Assembly: GCA_964019425.1 (NCBI GenBank)
Contig: OZ025805.1
Location: 744,001-808,000, forward strand
Direction: 5' to 3'
DNA length: 64,000 bases
Origin: Flectonema sp. DT1601
Taxonomy: Eukaryota
Positions within the stretch are counted from its first letter, which is position 1, and each line of letters opens with the position of its first letter. Below the pieces are notes generated by a model. The model was not told the DNA's origin and did no database searches. It worked only from the letters and a program-made list of their open reading frames with translations. A program made the translations under genes and the position numbers. Below are positions 56,695-64,000 of the stretch, in pieces.

Positions 56695-59371
56695 TGAGGC
56701 GATCGGCAGGGGTGGAGGTTTCACGAATTTTCACGATCCTTCACGGTTTGTCACGAGTTGTCACTACCTATCACGAAAATTCACGAAAATTCACTGCCAA
56801 AAAGCATGGTGAAAAATCGTGAATTTTCGTGAATAATCGTGAATTTTCGTGAATTTTGATATTGAGATTTGTGGTTTGTTAAAAAAAACTACTCAGGGGG
56901 GGCCTGAACTGCACTGCTTCGTAGTTGTCATCGGTGCTTGTTAATCCTATCGTTCTCTACAGTTTATTGTTAATACTACTTCTCTTTAATCCAGCTCTTG
57001 TTACAGTTTCATGTGGTTGCTGAACTATTCTAGCACAGGTGGGTTGATAGGCATGTGTGGTGATTGTTGAAGTGGTGGTGCTTGTTAATCCTATCGTTCT
57101 CTAAAGTTTATTGTGGTAATGCATTCACATGGCTCTCGTAAGAGTAACAGTGCAACTTCGCGATTCCTTGCCAGCAGAGATCTTGCTGTATGTGAATAGC
57201 AGATCAAAGCTGTTAGATGTATTGGGTGGTATGGGACTAGCAGATCAAAGCTGTTAGATGTATTGGGTGGTATGGGACTAGAAGTTGAAGATGACTTGGA
57301 GGTTAGGGCTCGTGTTGCTGGCACGGATGGCATGCTGATCTGGTGCGATGAGAAGATTGGTGAGGTTGACGGTGTATCGCAATACACTGTTGCTGGGACC
57401 CTGCATCTCCGCCCACAGCCACCAAGTACAGTTGTCCCGATCCTCTTGCACATCGCCATGCGCCGCATTCCGCAGTTTACCCGCCAGCTTCATGGTCTTG
57501 ACTCCGTCAGTTATTGGGCTGCACGAAGAGAGATGATCCGGTGGTTGTATGTGCAGGATTGTGTGTTTCTCATTCGCAACCGGGAGAGTACTTTTTGCCT
57601 AGTAAGTGACGCAACATCTGTGACAGAAAACTCGTCAGCGCTACACATCACTGCTGCTACAGCTACGACTGCATGCTATAGTCTTGCATGCAGACTAACA
57701 CAGAGCCACCAAGCTCAATCATTCTGTGACACACTACGACGTGCGCTGCACCACTTCCAGCAGCTCGGAATCTTAATCACTGATCCGGCACCACCACCTC
57801 TGTCAACCTGCACGATTACCTGCGCTCAGTGATCGGGGTGGATCAGAATACAGGGGGTTTAAATTATTTGACCAAGATGGCAATATCTGCCTCATCCCGG
57901 AGCCTACACACCGAGTTCATTGCATTGCCTCCTGGATTGCGAAGTACTTTGGCCTCAGTGACTTCCTCCGTTCAATAGTAACGCTGTGCTTCTTCATACG
58001 TGGGAATCGGTCGTTTGCTTACTGGCTTCGCAAGAAGCACCGCATCTCTTTTAGGGCGTGCCCATTTAAAGAGAAGGTTACGAATGGGCGCTTCGGCAGA
58101 AAGTTCAGGACAGCCAGGCCAGAAGATCAGGCCACTGTCACCTCGATTATTTGGAAAAGATTTTTGCATTGCTCGATACCGAGCTTCCAGGTAGATGGTT
58201 CTACATGCTGGAACCCTTGGGGGGAAAGGGCATTTTTCGTTGCTGCTATTGCGGTGACACAGTCTCCCCTCACCACGCCCGCCTGCTGGAAGTCAATAGG
58301 CAGGTCAACCACGCCCTCTCCCATGTGAACCACATTCAGGTCTCTAAGCTGAAGAGCGATGTCCCCGATGACCCCATGCTCACCAAGCCTGATGCCAGCA
58401 TCATCCCGGTGGACGCGCCATCCCTACCTAACCCCCCAACCAAGTCCCAGCGCGGGGCATTCATTTTCTCTGTTGTTGAATGCTTTGCGCTGGAGCTCCC
58501 CACAAAGCTAAAGTTGCGTGACCCCCCTCTCCCTCCCGGTGCCCCAGCAGTCCGCCACACTGACCCAAGCGAAAGCAGCGAAAGCAGCAGAAAATGCTGC
58601 TGCCAGGAAAGTTGCACAAGAAAAAACTGCTCAGCGAAGAGAGGAGGCAAGAAAGGAGAAGGCGGCTGCCAAGAAGGCGAAGGAGGAAGCAAGGGATGCA
58701 GCCAGGAAGAAGGCTGCAGAGGCGAAGAAAAAGAAGGCTGCAGAACCGGCACGCAAGAATCCCAAGGTTGAGCAATGACAACAGTTGCTCTTTGGATTTT
58801 TTATTTATTTAACCAAAAAAATTATCATCAGCTTGGAACCCAATGATTACACTCACTTGTTTCTACCCCAATGAATTACCTCTCATTGTCTCTCAAGCAA
58901 TATCAATATGGTTGTCAGGCTGTCTCCTGGCAGAGATGGGAGGAGTAATGGAAAGACACCACAGAACAGAACAGTGTGAACGAGAATGAGCCCCCTCAGT
59001 GATTAAACCCACCGCACACGCGATGCGCCGGTCCAAAGTCCGGAACCTCACCACAAGCGATGGTCAGGAAGGGTGATGGGTCACTGGGCACAAGCGATGC
59101 CCATTTAGTTGTCAAAGTGACATGACGTATGGCAAACTGAACAGGTTTGACATCGCACAGCACACCAGCACCAACGGTACCATCTGGATATCACTCACTT
59201 TTTTCACTAGAATTCACACATTTTCACACATTTTCACACATTTTCACACATTTTCACAGGATTTCACTACCAAAAAGCAGCAAAAAATTAAGTGAAAAAT
59301 CGTGAAAAATCGTGAATTTTCGTGTAGCAAAGTGAAAAATCGTGAACACCTCCACCCTGCCGATCGCCTCA
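56695..59371. mobile_element. TIR DNA transposon, TG..CA ends, 5 bp TSD (ctttc)
   Basis: tgaggcgatcggcagggg at 56695 and ccctgccgatcgcctca ending at 59371; ctttc on both flanks (56690-56694, 59372-59376); subterminal ttcac(g/a)/gtgaa repeats at both ends. Confidence 0.9.
57263..58778 (+). pseudogene. Frameshifted DDE transposase remnant, hAT-like, followed by a zinc-finger-like segment and a Lys/Ala-rich tail
   Basis: FCLVSDATS (first Asp) and SHQAQSF..L; after a frameshift near 57825 my manual translation gives LSDRGGSE (second Asp), IPEPTHRVH (C/DxxH-like) and TNGRF. Later CCYC..H...H and an AK-rich frame. Confidence 0.55.
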
Positions 59372-60389
59372 CTTTCTTGAAATTAAAAAAAGCTTATGTA
59401 TGCTATGATTGTATTTTCTTCAGCCATGTAATTTCTCAACCAAATGTCGGAACAGAGTATTGGTGTTTGTCGGTTCTAACCAACACTAACATGTACATGA
59501 TCGAAAGAAGTTTCGCGTGAAATATATGAACTTGCACATCACTTAGCTGACCACTCGCTATGTTGACACTCCGGAAGCTGTAATTGTATTGTTATCACCA
59601 GTCATTATATGTTAATTGTGAAAAGAAATTTGATTACCTTCCATATGTTTTCTTTCAGTTAAGATCTTCAGCCCAAATGTTGGAACAGAGAGAGCATGTG
59701 TGTAGCTTTGTCTAACGGGTTCAGATTGGTAGGATCTACGGCATGTCTGATATTCCCCTTTATGAGTTTGATATCACCTTTGTGCTTCTGTATCTCAGAA
59801 CTAATGTTAAATATTATCGTTATGTTGTTTATGATACAATACATTTGTGTTTTACGTACAATCGAACAGTTAATCCTCCCACAGTCCCTTTCAGCCCCAT
59901 TGTATTGTTTACATTTGGGTCTCTGTGTGAAGATAATATTGTTATAACATGGTGTTTAAGAATGATACCAATTAAAATAATTTGTCAATCAGGTACCAAA
60001 ATGTTCACTACCCCGTTGCCAGTACTTCCGGTGGGGCTTCGTTTGCCTGGGGAGCAGTCGTTGAAGCTGCTGAATTTCATTGTCGGTATTTCGGTTATCG
60101 TGTGTGCATTGATATCCTTGACTATCATAACAAAAAGAGCTGAAAAAACTACTGACGTATGTAAATTACTTATTCCCTCACTAAATCGATAAAGGTCCTT
60201 TATAAGACAAACACTTTACGCCTTTGAAAACCCCTTTTACTGTTGAGGATAGGTATCACACCTCGCAACATCATCTGCCCATCGCTTCATATTGATTTTC
60301 TTTATGTACCTTTAGCAGTTCGTTCGATGGCGGGGAATTATCGGGGATGGCCATCTTCTCGATGCCTTCACGACAAACTACAGGGCAAC

Positions 60390-60895
60390 TGAGGCGATCG
60401 GCAGGGTGGAGGTGTTCACGATTTTTCACTTAATTTTTTGCTGCTTTCTGGTAGTGAAATTCCGTGAAAATGTGTGAATTCTAGTGAAAAAAGTGAGTGA
60501 TATCTACTGCTTTTGGATCTCTATGTGTCTTTGTTGCAATCTCTGCTGTCTCCTATTGCATCTTCGATCAGATTTAGAACAGCTTGCTAATTGAGGTGCA
60601 CCTCTGTACCCCATCAGCAGACGTCATCCGTTAGATCTTCTTGTCTACTCGAAAAGAGAACAACGGTCTAATTCTTTCAGGAATCGGGAATTGAAAAAAA
60701 TACGATGTGATCCAGGAGACAGCCTGACAACCCATATTGATATTGCTTGAGAGACAATGAGAGGTAATTCATTGGGGTAGAAACAAGTGAGTGTAATCAT
60801 TGGGTTCCAAGCTGATGATAGGTTTTTTTGTTAAATAAATAAAAAGTCCAAAGAGCAACTGTTGTCGTTGCTCAACCTTGGGATTCTTGCGTGCC
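60390..60895 (-). mobile_element. One-ended inverted partial copy of the same DNA transposon
   Basis: 60390-60505 is the reverse complement of ~59188-59371 with fewer subterminal repeats; 60712-60895 is the reverse complement of ~58748-58930. No second TIR or TSD was found. Confidence 0.85.
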
Positions 60896-61120
60896 AACCT
60901 CTCTTGAATATGTAAGTATTTCTTTTATTCCAACTAAAATTGCATGGCTGGCGTTTTTTTTTTTTTTTTTTTTTTTTTTTGTACCTACAAACCCATTGTT
61001 CGGTAGAAAGAGAATTGTGGCAGCGTAACTAACCTATTCCTATTCCTTTATTAGGATTTTGTACCGGTTTGCGCACAAACAAATTAAAAGTGTGAGTGAG
61101 TTAAGCAAAAAAAGTGAAGT

Positions 61121-61909
61121 TTGCTGATTTTTTCCCCCTTCTTTTTTATAGCAAAACAAAAATGTTCAATAAAACAGGATTTTTGGAAAATTGCTGGAAC
61201 AACTTACACACTTTCGAATCAACTATTGCGCACTCTACGGGAAGACTGTCAGGTAGAGACTAGACTCCAAATTGGGGAGTACAACGTTCATTATAAGATT
61301 ACAGCAAGTAGTAGGTTAATGCTGATGGCCCATGTAACTGGATTAATCAAAACTGGAATATTTGTTTCATTTACAGCGATATTTCTAACGTGTCTTAATA
61401 AAGTGTTATTCAACTACAACATCCACAGTTTTTATGGAATAAGAAAAGGATACTTGCTGTTCTTGGAATTGGTTTTCATAGTTTGGGCTATCGTGGCAAT
61501 AACACACCCACAAGTGCTTGCTGAAAAACTTGATGACTACATCCAAGCGTGTTCGTCATCTCCTTTTAACGATCATTTGTTTAGAGAACCTCATTGGAGG
61601 ACCAGTTTATATGTCGGTCACGGTATCACTTTGATTGCGTACTTTTTCAATTTGTTGGTTCTTTTTAATAACAACGCCCGTAGCTTTCCCAAGAACCTAT
61701 TCGTGGAATGGCAGGAAATAGAATCATTATTGGCAGGGAGGGAGTATCGAGATCCTATATTTGTTGAAGTTGCTGACAAAATGAGGAGAGAGATTGACGG
61801 TAACGATACTGATATTGGGATCAAGCACCTCCTAGCTGAAGAATATGGTCTTATGGAGCCTGTTGTACCCCAAGGTGTTGGTATTGATGATGATATGGAG
61901 GAATACTAG
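61121..61909 (+). CDS. Probable terminal exon of a multi-pass membrane protein of unknown function
   Basis: 262-codon frame with about three hydrophobic stretches and an acidic tail. A likely intron at 61092-61151 (gtgagt...tag) puts the exon start at ~61152. Confidence 0.55.
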   Translation: MLIFSPFFFIAKQKCSIKQDFWKIAGTTYTLSNQLLRTLREDCQVETRLQIGEYNVHYKITASSRLMLMAHVTGLIKTGIFVSFTAIFLTCLNKVLFNYNIHSFYGIRKGYLLFLELVFIVWAIVAITHPQVLAEKLDDYIQACSSSPFNDHLFREPHWRTSLYVGHGITLIAYFFNLLVLFNNNARSFPKNLFVEWQEIESLLAGREYRDPIFVEVADKMRREIDGNDTDIGIKHLLAEEYGLMEPVVPQGVGIDDDMEEY

Positions 61910-62443
61910 CCAAGCCGTAACATAAAATATGGTCTTAGCCACACACATGTTCTTAATCGCTATGTGCTAAAAGCTCGTTAGTGATAAAATTTAAAAAGTA
62001 AAAAAAAAACCAAACGAAACAACGAAAGTATCAACTGGAATAACCATTTATACTTCGCTAGACAAGTAGAGTCGTCATACTTGTTAAAATATTAAGCCAT
62101 GAGTCAACGTGAGTTAGGAGGCCATGCGAACTCTTAATAAATAATCTTCTAGAATGCATTTCTGCATGTAATTGTTTGTAGCCCCTTGATGGTAAATAGA
62201 CAAGTAAATAGATCATGCTGGCTTCCCGCTTTCAATAGTTTATTAGTTTTCGTCGATTCGGTCCTTTTAGGCATACCAGTTTGTAGCATTTATTAAGAGT
62301 TAGATATTATGAAGTTCGTTGTATTGTGTTGTCTTATATATTTTATTTTCTCAGTGATGATGGTGTTCAATGAAGAGTTACTGTATTGTTGATTTCATAA
62401 AAGACTGTAATTAATTACTTTTTTTTCGTTTGTAGGTTTTGAG

Positions 62444-62836
62444 ATGGTGCCAAGGGCACAGCAGTACCAGCATATTGATTTAAAGAACGTCTGTGATGAG
62501 ATGTTTGGAAACGACGTCCATCTTGACAAGCGATCACCATCGTTATTGTGTGAGACAGACGGAGCTTCTTTGATGTCTTCAATGCCAGCAACTCCACCTC
62601 ATGGAGTACTCGGAGATAGCTTTGAGTTGATAACTCCCTCTAAGAATATAATATTTGATAAGAAAGACTTTTCAACACCTGAAACAACTCCAATCAATGC
62701 AACATATCGCATGTGTCGACAAAAGAAGCAGAACGGCATTGCCACCCGTTCAGTTTCTTCTTTTGGTGGAGACTATTATGTATGTGTTTATTCTAATGGT
62801 ATTAGTGTTGGTATTCATTTGAGAAAAATGTTATAA
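62444..62836 (+). CDS. Hypothetical protein or exon
   Basis: 130-codon frame just after a polypyrimidine-tag acceptor-like site; no recognisable motif. Confidence 0.3.
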   Translation: MVPRAQQYQHIDLKNVCDEMFGNDVHLDKRSPSLLCETDGASLMSSMPATPPHGVLGDSFELITPSKNIIFDKKDFSTPETTPINATYRMCRQKKQNGIATRSVSSFGGDYYVCVYSNGISVGIHLRKML

Positions 62837-63650
62837 ATTATAAACCACAGCAACTTGATAGACAGACGCTTGATAGGCTTACAGAAATAGAAATACATTT
62901 ATCATCGTTGTCAGCACATGGAGTAGTTGCAAGACAATCTACAGACAATTGTGAAACACCACTGGTGTGCTCAACAGATACTGATAAAAATCTTTCACAG
63001 CTAAAGTGGAGACTGTTATTTTCAATTATTGCTATATCGTTATCAACAATACGAATACAACTTGGAAATGGTATTCGGCTTCGGTTGTCGCAAGTTGCTT
63101 TATCTTTATCACTAGCCTGTATAATTGCTCGTCCTCATTCTCTTCAGAAAGCAGCTTCCTCTTTATCTTCGGCTCTTCTCTTTGTTTTTATGACGCTCGA
63201 TACTTTTCCTGCGAAATTACCACTCGCGATTTCTCTGACTTCTTTCATTTCAATTCTTGAGGAAGTTTAAGTATTTTATTTATATTTTTTTTTTTAAAAG
63301 GTGTCACTTCAAACTTCGTGAATTGATAAATATATCACTCTCTTGGAAGGAGTGACATTTACCTATTTCACTTCACTTTATCGTGTCGCTATGCGACATT
63401 CAAAATGATAATACGAGCCGCAATATTTACAATTTGTGTCTCTTTAGCACACTTTAGAAGGTAAAGACTGGTCAATTATTTATTTTTAGTATTTGACACT
63501 TTTCTCACTGTGCTGAATAGTTTTCTTACAAAAAAAAATAGCACTTTGTTGTTTGTTGTTTCTACGTCCGCTACTTTTTAAAACAACCCTTTCATTACTT
63601 TTGGGATTGGGTTTAGGTGATTGTGATTCGTATTTATTTATTTATTTATT

Positions 63651-64000
63651 TATTTTCCGCACTCAGGTATCAATCTGCACTCATGACGTGATGAGTTTTA
63701 ATATCTCATATTAGTGATGTTGTTTTTAAGTGAAGATATACTGCAATTTATAACTTACAGGCAAAGACTCAAAACAATGGAGACTGCGAAAAAGCAAAAA
63801 AACGTTTTGTGTGTATTCGTAAAGGGTTTTTCTGATTTCCGACTAGCAGCGCCAAGCCCTATGCAAGTGATTCTTTAACCCTGCATTATACTTCACCCCC
63901 TCAGGAATTACCGAACAAGATCAAAGGCTCAATTATATTTTCCACACTCAGGTATCAATCTGCACTCATGACGTGATGAGTTTTAATATCTCATATTAGT
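63651..64000. repeat. Direct repeat with 285 bp offset running off the right edge
   Basis: tattttcc(g/a)cactcaggtatcaatctgcactcatgacgtgatgagttttaatatctcatattagt at 63651 and 63936. Confidence 0.85.

Noticed and set aside
59302..63270. ORFs 59302-59520, 59696-60192 and 62908-63270 as standalone genes
   Set aside because: No motifs and overlapping alternative frames; they may be parts of spliced genes, but I could not build a consistent model.

Overview
Eukaryotic, AT-rich, homopolymer-rich DNA in the standard genetic code with short spliceosomal introns; the organism cannot be identified from the sequence. Bases 1 to ~55,330 are a GT-skewed satellite of 30-32 bp monomers organised into a ~1,549 bp higher-order repeat (HOR). 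Each HOR unit is ~1,275 bp of satellite plus the 274 bp (or 211 bp deleted) 3' tip of a non-LTR retrotransposon. Three long copies of that retrotransposon sit in the array: one apparently full-length on the minus strand (18851-30387) and two apparently identical 5'-truncated plus-strand copies 25,061 bp apart. It is a single-ORF RT + CCHC + restriction-like endonuclease (RLE) element most like the HERO clade. Its unusual features are a ~560 aa coiled-coil-like extension after the endonuclease whose distal part differs strongly between otherwise near-identical copies, and a 3.3-6 kb 3' UTR holding conserved stems, a GAGATACC mini-array and a variable-copy palindromic repeat array. The best candidate novel system is this satellite-dwelling retroelement, whose 3' end has become the unit marker of a possibly centromeric HOR; the centromeric role is inference only. 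The last ~8.7 kb is unique DNA with intron-containing genes and a TG..CA DNA transposon with a 5 bp TSD and a decayed hAT-like transposase. All comparisons were made by eye.
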